Source of the DNA: Macrostomum hystrix
Lineage: Eukaryota > Animalia > Platyhelminthes
Direction of reading: 5' to 3'
Assembly: GCA_950097015.1 (NCBI GenBank)
Contig: CATNEN010000034.1
Coordinates: forward strand, 7,130,001 to 7,194,000
Length of the DNA stretch: 64,000 bases
The notes under the pieces are model-generated. The model worked only from the letters and a program-made list of their open reading frames with translations. It was not told the origin of the DNA and did not search any database. Both the position numbers and the translations under genes were made by a program. Below are positions 33,191-47,900 of this stretch, piece after piece (position 1 is the stretch's first letter; the number at the start of each line of letters is the position of its first letter).

Positions 33191-34124
33191 CTCTGTCTCA
33201 CTTCTCTCCAGTCTCTTTTCTGTCCTGTCTCACCTCTCTCTGTGTTTCATCTCTCCTGCTGTATATCCTCTGTCTCATCGCACCCCGGTTTCATTTCCCT
33301 TATCTCACCTTCTTTGTCGCTTCTCAGCAGTCTTATGTTTCTTATTTGTTATTTGTTCGCTACTGTCTCATCTATTTCCAACTTATCACTTTGTGTCTCA
33401 TCTCCCCTGGGCTGATGCATCGATACTGATTCAAGGTTAAATAGACAAAGGCTGTTAACGATTTTTTGTTCATAACAGATAATTTAAAGTTAATAGTTCT
33501 GCAGGCCACACTTAACCGTATGGTGACAGAAAAGGCTTCAACAGATTTCCCACAGCGATGATAATATCTAGCGACTGTGCCAACACCTTGCGAATTGATC
33601 CATTCTCTTCCCAGTCAGTTCATTATCAACTTCTAGGTAACCCAACAGTCGGTCACCGCCTCTGTTTGTGTATCTGCCGACTTTACACCGGGGGGCTGAG
33701 CGGAAGCCCATGCAGATATCCCTGTGATGAGGGCAGCGGGAATTCGTTTGCCGGATAGCAGTTAAGTTTCTGGTGGCCGGGGGCGACTTTCCTGGAATCG
33801 GTAGAAATGCTAATTATAAATTGCAACAGCCGTCTGTACTTTTCAGTCTGGCCCGCTGCTTCAATCTCTGCTTTCTCTCCAAGGCATCCTTCGCCAGCAA
33901 AAATCTGCGGCTCTAACCAAAACCTACAGTAATGATTCTTTGCTTGATTTGGCCACAGTGCCGCAGCCATGCAGCCAGCCACCAGGCCTAACCTCACGTC
34001 AGAAGCTGACTTGAATTCTGCTTCTGCCAATAACTGACGCACAAACACAAACTATTCCCTAGACACACCACTTTCACTGCTTGTCAAGCAGCAAAGCTTT
34101 CATTTCTGCTTCTATTAGGTCTGC

Positions 34125-34910
34125 TTTCCTAGAAATACCCTCTGACAGCCCGCAGTCTTAAAGCCAGCTCTCCCTGTGTCTGATTTCCTAGAAACACCCA
34201 CTGACACCTCACAGTCTCAAACCCAGCTCTCCCTGTGTCTGATTTCCTAGAAACACCCGCTGACACCTCGCAGTCTCAAACCCAGCTCTCCCTGTGTCTG
34301 ATTTCCTAGAAACACCCGCTGACACCTCGCAGTCTCAAACCCAGCTCTCCCTGTGTCTGATTTCCTAGAAACACCCGCTGACACCTCGCAGTCTCAAACC
34401 CAGCTCTCCCTGAGTCTGATTTCCTAGAAACACCCGCTGACACCTCACAGTCTCAAACCCAGCTCTCCCTGTGTCTGATTTCCTAGAAACACTCACTGAC
34501 ACCTCACAGTCTCAAACCCAGCTCTCCCTGTGTCTGATTTCCTAGAAACACTCACTGACACCTCACAGTCTCAAACCCAGCTCTCCCTGTGTCTGATTTC
34601 CTAGAAACACCCGCTGACACCTCACAGTCTTAAAGCCAGCTCTCCCTGTGTCTGATTTCCTAGAAACACCCGCTGACACCTCACAGTCTTAAAGCCAGCT
34701 TTCCCTGTGTCTGATTTCCTAGAAACACCCGCTGACACCTCACAGTCTTAAAGCCAGCTTTCCCTGTGTCTGATTTCCTAGAAACACCCGCTGACACCTC
34801 ACAGTCTTAAAGCCAGCTTTCCCTGTGTCTGATTTCCTAGAAACACCCGCTGACACCTCACAGTCTTAAAGCCAGCTTTCCCTGTGTCTGATTTCCTAGA
34901 AACACCCGCT
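34125..34910. repeat. 59-bp minisatellite (CAGCTCTCCCTGTGTCTGATTTCCTAGAAACACCCGCTGACACCTCACAGTCTCAAACC), about 13 units
   Basis: Direct tandem units. Confidence 0.96.
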
Positions 34911-35396
34911 TACCCTGTCTCTATTAAATTTTCTGGCAATAATTTTTTAAGCCAGTCACGTTTCTGATTAGTGAAAGTGGATCAGTATTTTTTTAGAAAG
35001 TTGCCTTTGTCATTGAAAAGGAATTGCGCCAATCCCTCATTAGAGAGGCCTGAGCGAGAAGCATTGGTAAAGACGCTAAACAACGCGCAGAAATTTTAGA
35101 GAAGGAAGAACTAGATGGGCAGATCAGAAGAAGCAGAAATACCAAGCACAAAACACTCCCGCTCACTCCCTGTCTCTCCCTCTCATGAAACGTTCATCAT
35201 TGCATGCCAATATTTTTTAGTCTCTCAGAGTCGTGCTCATCCGTCTTATTATTATAGAAAGACTCACTGCGTGACTGCCCATAGCTTTATTGCTGAATTT
35301 TTTTCTCTCATCTGTTGCTCCTGGAATCCTGGCAGGTCAGCAGGGCCTGGAGTTTTGCTGCTAGCCACCTTCTACTAGGAGCAGCAAAGATCACAG

Positions 35397-35921
35397 ATGA
35401 GCGGCTCCGGCTCATACAATGACGCTGATCGGAGCCGCCAGCTGTCCCAGATGATGGAGGAGCTCGGCATCGACCAGTGCAGCGGCGGCAGCGGAGGCGG
35501 CTGCGGCTCCGGCAGCTACGGAATGGACGGCGCACACAGTCGCTGCGGCGGATTTTGCGGCGGCGGCGGCGGCGGCGGCGGCAGCGGCCTACTACAGAAG
35601 GACGCCGACTTGAACCCCAACGAGCGCCGCTTCCTGCTGTCAGTTGAGATGGGCGACATGACCACAGTCAGGCAGTACGTGGAGAATGCGCAAGCCCTCA
35701 GCGTCAACGTCAACTGCGTCGACTCGCTTGGCCGATCCGCTGTTCTTATCGCCATCGAATTTGAGCACATTGAACTGCTGGAGATGCTGCTGAGCTTCGG
35801 CTTCCTGGAGCTGGGGGACGCCCTCCTGCACGCCATCCAGGAGGAGAATGTGGTCGCTGTTGAGATGCTCCTGCACGCCCAGGCTGAGAAGCAGCAGAAA
35901 AAGCTGCAGAGTAGTGCTCCG
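35397..35921 (+). CDS. TRPC: TRPC exon (poly-Gly N-terminus, ankyrin repeats)
   Basis: ATG at 35397; CCG|GTGAGC donor, phase 0. Confidence 0.9.
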
Positions 35922-38900
35922 GTGAGCTGCCCTGTTGCTTCGGTTAGCTTGGAATTTAGTGATTTGAGCTTAGTTTTGGTTCAAGTAAATTTAATAGGCA
36001 GGTTGCGAGGGATGTAGGGAACAGTTAGGGTGGAGAGTTAGGGTAGAGAGGTAAGATGGAGAGGTAGGGTGGAGAGGTAGGGCGAAGAGGTATGGTGGAG
36101 AGGTAGGGTGGAGAGGTAGGGTGGAGAGGTAGGGTTGAGAGGTAGGGCAGAGAGGAAAGAGGGAGAGGTAAGAGGGAGAGTTAGGGTGGAGAGGTAGGGT
36201 GGAGAGGTAAGATGGAGAGGTAGGGTGGAGAGGTATGGTGGAGAGGTAGGGTGGGGAGGTAGGGTGGAGAGGTAGGGTGGAGAGGTAGGGTGGAGAGGTA
36301 GGGTGGAGAGGTAGGGTGGAGAGGTAGGGTGGAGAGGTAGGGTGGAGAGGTAGGGCACAGAGGTAGGGTCGAGAGGTAAGAGGGAGAGGTAAGAGGCAGA
36401 GGTAAGAGGGAGAGGTAGGGTGGAGAGGTAGGGCAGAGAGGTAAGAGGGAGATGTAAGAGGGAGAGGTAGGGTGGAGAGTTAGGGTCGAGAGGTAGGGTG
36501 GAGAGTGTTAAGAGGGAGAGGTAAGAGGGAGTGGTAGGGTGGAGAGGTAGGGCAGAAAGGTAAGAGGGAGAGGTATGAGGGAGAGGTAAGAGGGAGTGGT
36601 AAGAGGGAGAGGTAAGATGGAGAGGTAGTGTGGAGAGGTAGGGTGGAGAGGTGGGTGAAGAGGTGGGTGAAGAGGTAGTGGTAGGGTGGAGAGGTAGGGC
36701 AGAGAGGTAAGAGGGAGAGGTAAGAGGGAGAGGTAAGAGGGAGTGGTAAGAGGGAGAGGTAAGATGGAGAGGTAGGGTGGAGAGGTAGGGTGGAGAGGTG
36801 GGTTAAGAGGTAGTGGTAGGGTGGAGAGGTAGGGCAGAGAGGCAGGTTGAAGAGAAGTGGAGCAAAGAGGAAGTGAATTCTTCATAATGATAAAAATAAA
36901 CCAAAAATAAAAAAAATGGGAACTAGAATTCGCGAGGCTTAAATTACTCAGAGTTTAATTAAAGTTACATGTGCAGTTTCTTAGAAAAGCAGTTTGGAGA
37001 CAAGAAAACAAGTCCAATGTCCAAAATGGCACAAGCAGCAGATTTCAATCCCAAACGGTTATGCAACAGGCCAGATAGCGATCATGCTCTAAATCAAATT
37101 CAAGCCCTATGAAAGGAGATCGATGGAAAAGTGCATTAAAAGCAATTATTTCTGCCTACTTCGTTTCCGCTTCAGTTTTTCTTTTAAAATTGGGGATCCG
37201 GCGGCACTAGAAGCAGCAACAGAATTGGAGCTGGGCCAGAGTCTCATCGACAGTCAACGAAGGCAAAGGAAATTTAGCAACTAAATCGCCGGCAGTTGTC
37301 GACCATTCCCACAGATGCGAAAATTTCCAGGCTAAAATAAGCGAGAGAAAAAGAGAGAAAAAAGAGAACCAGAATTGAGAAGCTTTTGAGCTCGGAGAGT
37401 CAGTCAAGGATAAGGGAGGCCTGGAGTAAGGACGCATTTTGGGAATGGACAGTGGAAGCAAGGCTAACGAGTATACTTAGGAACCCAGCTTGGACTTGAT
37501 TCTGCTTAATTGACTGCCATGCATCTCCTTATATATTCCCTAGTTATCTCCAAATCGGAAGAGCCTAATGCAGGAAGGAATAAATATTTAGATTAAATAA
37601 ATAGATTTCTCTTTTAGCTTGTACTGCTCCTTATTGATTTCTCATTAGGACAGAGGGAGACCGAGAGACTGAGAGACTGAGAGACTGAGAGACTGAGAGA
37701 CTGAGAGACTGAGAGACTGAGAGACTGAGAGACTGAGAGACTGAGAGACTGAGAGACTGAGGGACTGAGAGAGTGAGAGACTGAGAGACTGAGAGACTGA
37801 GATACTGAGAGACTGAGAGACTGAGAGACTGAGAGACTGAGAGACTGAGAGACTGAGAGACTGAGAGACTGAGAGACTGAGGGAGACTGAGAGACTGAAA
37901 GACTGAGATACTGAGAGACTGAGAGACTGAGAGACTGAGAGACTGAGAGACTGAGAGACTGAGAGACTGAGAGACTGAGAGACTGAGAGACTGAGAGACT
38001 GAGGGACTGAGAGAGTGAGAGACTGAGAGACTGAGAGACTGAGAGACTGAGAGACTGAGAGACTGAGAGACTGAGAGACTGAGAGACTGAGAGACTGAGA
38101 AGCTGAGATACTGAGAGACTGAGAGACTGAGAGACTGAGAGACTGAGAGACTGAGAAGCTGAGATACTGAGAGACTGAGAGACTGAGAGACTGAGAGAGT
38201 CTGAGAGACTGAGAGACTGAGGGAGACTGAGAGACTGAGAGACTGAGAGACTGAGAGACTGAGAGACTGAGAGACTGAGAGACTGAGGGAGACTGAGGGA
38301 GACTGGGGGACTGAGAGACTGAGAGACTGAGAGACTGAGAGACTGAGAGACTGAGAGACTGAGAGACTGAGAGACTGAGGGACTGAGGGACTGAGGGACT
38401 GAGAGACTCCCCCCAATAGAAATTGAATTCCTATGTCAAACTAACGCCAGCTACCACTGCCCGGTGCAGTACAATCCGCACAGGCTGGCCTTATTTACCT
38501 TCAGCTCCCCTCTGGGGAGGCAGGACAGAAGGGGCTGCAGCCACGCAGAGATGTGGCAGATATTAGAGCAGAGTCCAGCAAGTGAATTGGGTCCAGCCTC
38601 TTCACTAATTGTTTTATCTGGCACAGCTAGGCAGCGGTGATGGAATATTGCTCACGAATATTTCCACTCACCCGTCACGTGACTGTCAACACTTGTAGAG
38701 AGACTTATTGCTATAGTTTCCTCTCCAAGAGTTTCTCGCGTTCATAACTTTCTACTGTACTAATGTCTGTAAAATGTTTCTTGACTTATGGAGTATGAAA
38801 TTGGGACCGCCAAGTTGGTCAAGTATAATTTGATGTGAGCAGTGGAGAAAAAGGCTGTCGTAGGCATGAGATGAATGCTATGAGAAGAATAAATAAACCA

Positions 38901-41900
38901 GTACAGAATAACGGGTGAGAGGACAGACTTGGGCAGTTGATAGTGGACAGAGAGGGAGAGTGGAGAGAGAGGGAGAGTGGAGAGAGGGAGAGTGGAGAGA
39001 GGGAGAGTGGAGAGAGGGAGAGTAGAAAGAGAGCAAGAGTGGAGAGAGGGAGAGTGGAGAGAGGGAGAGTGGAGAGAGGGAGAGTGGAGAGAGGGAGAGT
39101 GGAGAGAGGGAGAGTGGAGAGAGGGAGAGTGGAGAGAGGGAGAGTGGAGAGAGGGAGAGTGGAGAGAGGGAGAGTGGAGAGAGGGAGAGTGGAGAGAGGG
39201 AGAGTGGAGAGAGGGAGAGTGGAGAGAGGGAGAGTGGAGAGATGGAGAGTGGAGAGAGGGAGAGTGGAGAGAGGGAGAGTGGAGAGAGGGAGAGTGGAGA
39301 GAGGGAGAGTGGAGAGAGGGAGAGTGCAGAGAGGGAGAGTGGAGAGAGGGAGAGTGGAGAGAGGACGAGTGGAGAGAGAGGGAGAGTGGGGCAGATGGGA
39401 GAGTAGAGAGAGAGACGGAGAGTGGGGAAGATAGGAGTGTGGAGTGAGGGAGAGTGGAGAGAGGAAGAGTGGGGAGTGGAGAGAGGGAGAGTGGAGAGAG
39501 AGGGAGAGTGGGGAAGATGGGAGAGTAGAGAGAGACGGAGAGTGGGGAAGATAGGAGTGTGGAGAGAGGGAGAGTGGAGAGAGAGGGAGAGTGGGGAAGA
39601 TGGGAGAGTAGAGAGAGACGGAGAGTGGGGAAGATAGGAGTGTGGAGAGAGGGAGAGTGGAGAGAGGGAGAGTGGAGAGAGGGACAGTGGAGAGAGGAAG
39701 AGTGGAGAGAGGGAGAGTGGGGAAGATAGGAGTGTGGAGCGAGGGAGACTGGAGAGGGGAAGAGTGGAGACAGAGGGAGAGTGGAGAGAGGGAGAGTGGA
39801 GAGAGAGGAGACTGGAGAGGGGAAGAGTGGAGACAGAGGGAGAGTGGAGAGAGGGAGAGTGGAGAGAGAGGAGACTGGAGAGGGCAAGAGTGGAGAGAGA
39901 GGAAGAGTGGAGAGAGAGTGGGAGAGAGAGGGAGTGGAGAGAGGGTGAGTGGGGAAGATAGGAGTGTGGAGAGGGGAAGAGTAGAGAGAGGGAGAGTGGG
40001 GAAGATAGAAGTGTGGAGAGAGGGAGAGTGGAGAGGGGAAGAGTGGAGAGAGAGGGAGAGTGGAGAGAGGGAGTGGAGAGAGAGGAGACTGGAGAGGGCA
40101 AGAGTGGAGAGAGAGGAAGAGTGGAGAGAGAGTGGGAGAGAGTGGGAGTGGAGAGAGGGTGAGTGGGGAAGATAGGAGTGTGGAGAGGGGAAGAGTAGAG
40201 AGAGGGAGAGTGGGGAAGATAGAAGTGTGGAGAGAGGGAGAGTGGAGAGGGGAAGAGTGGAGAGAGAGGGAGAGTGGAGAGAGGGAGTGGAGAGAGAGGG
40301 AGATTGGGGAAGATAGGAGAGCGGAGAGTGGAGAGTGGCTGATCCAGGCCAGACGGAGGTGAATCTCGCTTGTCAACAAGTGCTGTCGCCTGTCAGCACT
40401 TGCAAAGTCGGACCAAGTTGCTCTGCGATGGAGAGGGAGACCCCTCCTATTGCACAATATTACAACGCAAGTCGTATCCAAGTTGTTTGACTGGCATGTT
40501 TAAGAAACATTACAGATTCTTAATAGTTCCAACTAGTAAACCTGAAATCGATATTTGACTCGCAATGTCCGTCAGTCCCAGGAGCCGTCAATAGGTCGCT
40601 CCGACTGCCCCTTAGCAACCCCGTCTGCGCTCTTCCTTCGCCAGAGAAGCGACGAAACGGTGCGATAATTTTTGTGTTGAACAGAATGAAAGCAGAAGCT
40701 GCATGCTATGGCATGCTGTGTGCCTATTCTCGTTGTTGCTTACTGCTTGCTCTGTGCTCAACTCATCACTCCAATGTCACTCTCTCCAATGTCACTCTCT
40801 CCATTGCCACTCTCTCCAATGTCACTCTCTCCAATGTCGCTCTCTCCAATGCCACTCTCTCCAATGCCACTCTCTCCAATGTCGCTCTCTCCAATGCCAC
40901 TCTCTCCAATGTCGCTCTCTCCAATGCCACTCTCTCCAATGCCACTCTCTCCAATGCCACTCTCTCCAATGCCACTCTCTCCAATGCCACTCTCTCCAAT
41001 GCCACTCTCTCCAATGCCACTCTCTCCAATGTCACTCTCTCCAATGCCACTCACTCCAATGCCACTCACTCCAATGCCACTCACTCCAATGTCGCTCTCT
41101 CCAATGCCACTCACTCCAATGCCACTCACTCCAATGTCACTCTCTCCAATGCCACTCACTCCAATGCCACTCACTCCAATGCCACTCTCTCCAATGCCAC
41201 TCACTCCAATGCCACTCACTCCAATGCCACTCTCTCCAATGCCACTCTCTCCAATGTCACTCTCTCCAATGTCACTCACTCCAATGTCACTCTCTCCAAT
41301 GCCACTCACTCCAATGCCACTCACTCCAATGCCACTCACTCCAATGCCACTCACTCCAATGCCACTCACTCCAATGCCACTCTCTCCAATGCCACTCTCT
41401 CCAATGCCACTCACTCCAATGCCACTCACTCCAATGCCACTCACTCCAATGCCACTCACTCCAATGCCACTCACTCCAATGCCACTCACTCCAATGTCGC
41501 TCTCTCCAATGCCACTCACTCCAATGCTACTCACTCCAATGCCACTCTCTCAAATGTCGCTCTCTCCAATGCCACTCACTCCAATGCCACTCACTCCAAT
41601 GCCACTCACTCCAATGTCACTCTCTCCAATGCCACTCTCTCCAATGTCGCTCTCTCCAATGTCACTCTCTCCAATGTCACTCTCTCCAATGCCACTCTCT
41701 CCAATGTCGCTCTCTCCAATGCCACTCACTCCAATGCCACTCACTCCAATGCCACTCACTCCAATGTCACTCTCTCCAATGCCACTCTCTCCAATGTCGC
41801 TCTCTCCAATGTCACTCTCTCCAATGTCACTCTCTCCAATGCCACTCTCTCCTATGTCGCTCTCTCCAATGTCACTCTCTCCAATGTCACTCTCTCCAAT

Positions 41901-44900
41901 GTCACTCTCTCCAATGTCACTCTCTCACTCGATAAAATATTCTGATTCTGTAGTTTCGTAAAATTTCCGCAGTTCCATCCACCTGTTTGCCGTTAGCATT
42001 TTGTTTTTCTAAGAAATCACTCCCTAGCCGTAAACAAATAGTTGCCTCTCCAATCCAGTATTGCCATATTCCTTTCCTGTATCGCCAACTTCCCCTCTCT
42101 ACAGCTGTCCCTGAGCACAGCTGCTCAGACCCAAATTACCCTCGGCGTTGTCCCATCTCCCCTCCGGAAAATTTGTTGCCTATTTGATCGAGTGTGGACG
42201 GAACCCATCCCACATCTCTTCCCCCCTGTCCTTCTCTCCCTTATTTTTCCTGTTCGGATACCGAATCTAAAAAAGCGAAGCGAACAAGCGTGTTGACGCC
42301 GACTGTCTGTAGATTATAATCCGTCTACAATCAACTCTAATGACTTGTGTGGGCCGACACAGCTTCCCACGGCCGGAAGCCGAGGCTCTGGCCTTTGCTG
42401 ATTGAAGTGACAGAGGCAGGCAGGGTCGATGACTCAGGATGGGGATGTCTGCGCGAATTGGCTGCATGTCAATGAGTGCGAGCATGACTATTTTTTTCTC
42501 GTTTGAACAGCTGTTTTCTTCTTTTGCAAAAGCGCTTCTACTAAGATTCTGAGTGTGAGAATTGAGATACTGATGGTGAGAATTGAGTTACTGATGGTGA
42601 GAATTGAGATACTGATGGTGAGAATTGAGTTACTGATGGTGAGAATTGAGATACTGAGGGGAGAATTGAGATACTGAGTGTGAGAATTGAGATACTGATG
42701 GTGAGAATTGAGTTACTGATGGTGAGAATTGAGATACTGATGGTGAGAATTGAGATACTAAGGGTGAGAATTGAGATACTGATGGTGAGAATTGAGATAC
42801 TAAGGGTGAGAATTGAGATACTGATGGTGAGAATTGAGTTACTGATGGTGAGAATTGAGATACTGATGGTGAGAATTGAGTTACTGATGGTGAGAATTGA
42901 GATACTGAGGGGAGAATTGAGATACTGGTGGTGAGAATTGAGATACTGAGTGTGAGAATTGAGATACTGATGGTGAGAATTGAGATACTGATGGTGAGAA
43001 TTGAGATACTAAGGGTGAGAATTGAGATACTGATGGTGAGAATTGAGATACTAAGGGTGAGAATTGAGATACTGATGGTGAGAATTGAGTTACTGATGGT
43101 GAGAATTGAGATACTGATGGTGAGAATTGAGTTACTGATGGTGAGAATTGAGATACTGAGGGGAGAATTGAGATACTGGTGGTGAGAATTGAGATACTGA
43201 GTGTGAGAATTGAGATACTGATGGTGAGAATTGAGATACTGATGGTGAGAATTGAGATACTAAGGGTGAGAATTGAGATACTGATGGTGAGAATTGAGAT
43301 ACTGATGGTGAGAATTGAGATACTAAGGGTGAGAATTGAGATACTGATGGTGAGAATTGAGTTACTGATGGTGAGAATTGAGATACTAAGGGTGAGAATT
43401 GAGATACTGATTGTGAGAATTGAGATACTGAGGGTCAGATTTGAGATACTGAGGGGAGAATTGAGTTACTGATGGTGAGAATTGAGATACTAAGGGTCAG
43501 ATTTGAGATACTAAGGGTGAGAATTGAGATACTGATGGTGAGAATTGAGATACTGAGGGTCAGATTTGAGATACTAAGGGTGAGAATTGAGATACTGATG
43601 GTGAGAATTGAGATACTGAGGGTCAGATTTGAGATACTGAGGGGAGAATTGAGATACTGAGGGTCAGATTTGAGATACTGAGGGGAGAATTGAGTTACTG
43701 ATGGTGAGAATTGAGATACTAAGGGTCAGATTTGAGATACTAAGGGTGAGAATTGAGATACTGATGGTGAGAATTGAGATACTGAGGGTCAGATTTGAGA
43801 TACTGAGGGTCAGATTTGAGATACTGATGGTGAGAATTGAGTTACTGATGGTGAGAATTGAGATACTAAGGGTCAGATTTGAGATACTAAGGGTGAGAAT
43901 TGAGATACTGATGGTGAGAATTGAGATACTGAGGGTCAGATTTGAGATACTGAGGGGAGAATTGAGTTACAGGGGTTGAAAATATTAAATGAAGCCACCA
44001 GCTAAGAAGATTTCAACTGTTTTCAGGGCCCCACTGGTTCCGTACCGTCCAGCAGTTTCACACCGGACATCACACCCATCATCCTGGCGGCACACATTGA
44101 CAACTACGAGATCCTGAAGATCTTGCTGGACCGCGGCGACCGGGTGCCGAAGCCGCACGAGCTGCGCTGCGCCTGCGACGAATGCGTGCTGGCACAGAGG
44201 GAGGACAGTCTGCGCCACTCCAAGTCACGCATCAACGCATACAAAGCCCTAGCCAGTCCCTCACTGATCTGCCTATCCAGCAAGGATCCAATTCTCACTG
44301 CCTTCGAGCTCAGCTGGGAGATGAAGCGCCTAGGCAGGCTGGAGAATGAGTTCAAGAGTGAGTACGAGCAGCTGGCCGGCAAGTGTCAGGAGTACGCCAC
44401 CGCCCTGCTTGAGCAGACTCGCAGCTCTGCTGAGTTAGCCATTGTACTCAACCAGGACATTGGACAGAGCGGTCACAAGGTCAACGAGAAGACTCTGGAA
44501 GAGGGCGAGGAGGAGCGCATGACGCTGTCCAGACTCAAGCTGGCCATCAAGTACAAACAGAAGAAGGTGAGCGACTTTTCATGTACAAGTCCCACAGGTA
44601 GATATGAACTCACATTTGGGAGTGGCTCTAAGGTGAAAGGGGTTCTGGGTAATACTCAGCTTAACGGTTCGATTCTGGCTACTGCGATTCCTGGTTCGAT
44701 TCTGGCCACTGCGATTCCTGGTTCGATTCTGGCCACTGCGATTCCTGGTTCGATTCTGGCTACTCCATGCTTCCTGGTTCGATTCTAGCTAGTGCTTCCT
44801 GGTTCGATTCTGGCTACTGCTTCCTGGTTCGATTCTGGCTACTGCTTCCTGGTTCGATTCTGGCTACTCCATGCTTCCTGGTTCGATTCTGGCTACTGCT

Positions 44901-47900
44901 TCCTGATTGGATTCTGACTACTGCTTCCTGGTTCGATTCTGGCCACTACATGCTTCCTGGTTCGATTCTGGCCACTACATGCTTTCTGTTTCGATTCTAG
45001 CCACTGCTTCCTGGTTCGATTCTGGCCACTACTGCTTCCTGGTTCGATTCTGGCCTCTACATGCTTCCTGGTTCGATTCTGGCCTCTACATGCTTCCTGG
45101 TTCGATTCTGGCCTCTACATGCTTCCTGGTTCGATTCTGGCCTCTACATGCTTCCTGGTTCGATTCTGGCCTCTACATGCTTCCTGGTTCGATTCTGGCC
45201 TCTGCTTCCTGGTTCGATTCTAGCCACCGTTTCCTGGTTCGATTCTGGCCACTACATGCTTTCTGGTTCGATTCTCGAAACTCCCAAGCACAAAATTCTT
45301 ACCAAAAGAGATTTGGGGAACAAATGCACATTTTAATTCTTCCTCCGAATTGGGACAGCAACAGATGTGCCTTAGGCTGTTCTCACCTCAACAGGGAGAC
45401 GGAATAGAAAAGTATTTAAAATCCTATTTGTCCTGCTTCGAAATATCGTTTAATTGGAAACTCAAATTCGTATCTAATTACTGAATCTCATCCCATCCCA
45501 TTTGGGACTGTAGAAATCAACTTCCTTTAAAGGGTATGTGCTCAGTAAATGAAGTCTCCTTTGTCATCAAAGCAACAGTCAACTTTTGAGTTATCGGCTA
45601 TCAGTGACTTGGCCTCAGTGATCGCAGTCTGTCAGGACAGCTGTTAAAAATCAATCAAATTTCGTTTTTAACAATAATGAATAGGGAAAATATACTGCTA
45701 CGATTCCGAGTATGTACTGCTACGATTCCGAGAAATGTACTGCTACATTCCGAGTAATGTACTGCTACATTCCGAGTAATGTACTGCTACGATTCCGAGA
45801 AATGTACTGCTACGATTCCGAGAAACGTACTGCTACGATTCCAAATATTATGCTGCTACGATTCCGAGTAATGTACTGCTACGATTCCAAATATTATGCT
45901 GCTACGATTCCGAGTAATATGCTGCTACGATTCACTTATTGACAGCTCTCACACTCTCACACACTCTCACACATCTCACACACTCTCACACACTCTCACA
46001 CACTCTCATACATCTCACACACTCTCACACACTCTCACACACTCTCACACACTCTCACACACTCTCACACTCTCACACACTCTCACACACTCTCACACAC
46101 TCTCACACACTCTCACACACTCTCACAAACACATTCACATGCTCTCGAAAGCACATTCACACTCAAAAACTAATTTGCACTACCACATATTCACACTCAC
46201 ATATTTCAAACGCATTCACACATATTTTTGACGCACAAAAACCTAATCAGATCTTTCTCTCTCTCGCCTTAATTTCTGCAAAACTGCTGCCTTATCACGG
46301 GCAGACAAATACTCTGAAGTCTTGGAGGACGAGTCAATATGCAGGATTGTCGCCATCGCATCTAGATTCTCTTGTGTCAGACGCCGGCCTCTGACACCAC
46401 CTTGGTCAGCTGCTGGCAAAGTTTCACATCGGGTCTCGATCTTGCGCCAGCGGCTAACCCACTTTGTTTATCCACGAAAGCGACAGACGGCTAATTGTGA
46501 ATTGCGAAACATTCCAGTTGTACTCTTCTCCTCACCTCTCTCAGTTGCTTCCCTTCAAACGTTTGATTGCAGCGATAAACTGGCAGCGACTGCTGGAATT
46601 TAGCAAAATGCTCCTTCAGCAATTATCTCGCCTAGGTTTTCCGTTTGCATGAAAAATAGACTTTGCGTCAAAACTGCTGTCCGAAAAGTAGGTCCAACAC
46701 ACTTCAACTTTCTGCCCAAAAAGGTCGTTGCGAGTAATTAATTATAAGTACTATTGGATTTGTGTATTAAATTGAAGAGGGACAAAATGGTCAACCTATT
46801 ATTCTACACACATTCACACTCTCACACACTCATTCACACTCTCACACACACATTCACACTCTCACACACTCATTCACACTCTCACACACTCATTCACACT
46901 CTCACACACTCATTCACACTCTCACACACTCATTCACACTCTCACAAACAAATTCACGCTCTCAAACACTCATTCACACTCTCACACACTCATTCACACT
47001 CTCACACACTCATTCACACTCTCACACACTCATTCACACTCTCACACACTCATTCACACTCTCACACACACATTCACACTCTCACACACTCATTCACACT
47101 CTCACACACACATTCACGCTCTCACACACACATTCACACTCTCACAAACAAATTCACGCTCTCAAACACACATTCACGCTCTCACACACTCATTCACACT
47201 CTCACACACTCATTCACACTCTCACACACTCATTCACACTCTCACACACACATTCACACTCTCACACACTCATTCACACTCTCACACACAAATTCACGCT
47301 CTCACACACACATTCACACTCTCACACACTCATTCACACTCTCACACACACATTCACGCTCTCACACACTCATTCACGCTCTAACACACTCATTCACGCT
47401 CTAACACACTCATTCACGCTCTCACACACTCATTCACGCTCTCACACACTCATTCACGCTCTCACACACACATTCACACTCCCACACACACATTCACGCT
47501 CTCACACACACACATTCACGCTCTCACACACACATTCACGCTCTAACACATTCTCAGACACACATTCACACTCCTACACAAAAATTCACGCTCTCACACA
47601 CACACATTCACGCTCTCACACAAACATTCATGCTCTCACACACACATTCACGCTCTCACACACACACATTCACGCTCTCACACACACACATTCACGCTCT
47701 CACACAAACATTCACGCTCTCACACACACATTCACGCTCTCACACACACACATTCACGCTCTCACACACACATTCACGCTCTAACACATTCTCAGACACA
47801 CATTCACACTCCTACACAAACATTCACGCTCTCACACACACACATTCACGCTCTCACACAAACATTCACGCTCTCACACACACATTCACGCTCTAACACA

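Noticed and set aside
33683-34048. 121-aa minus-strand ORF in unique sequence
   Set aside because: No recognisable domain, non-ATG start, and no convincing splice partners.
40377-40402. 9-bp hairpin CAAGTGCTG/CAGCACTTG
   Set aside because: An isolated short stem is expected by chance in 64 kb; there is no supporting context.
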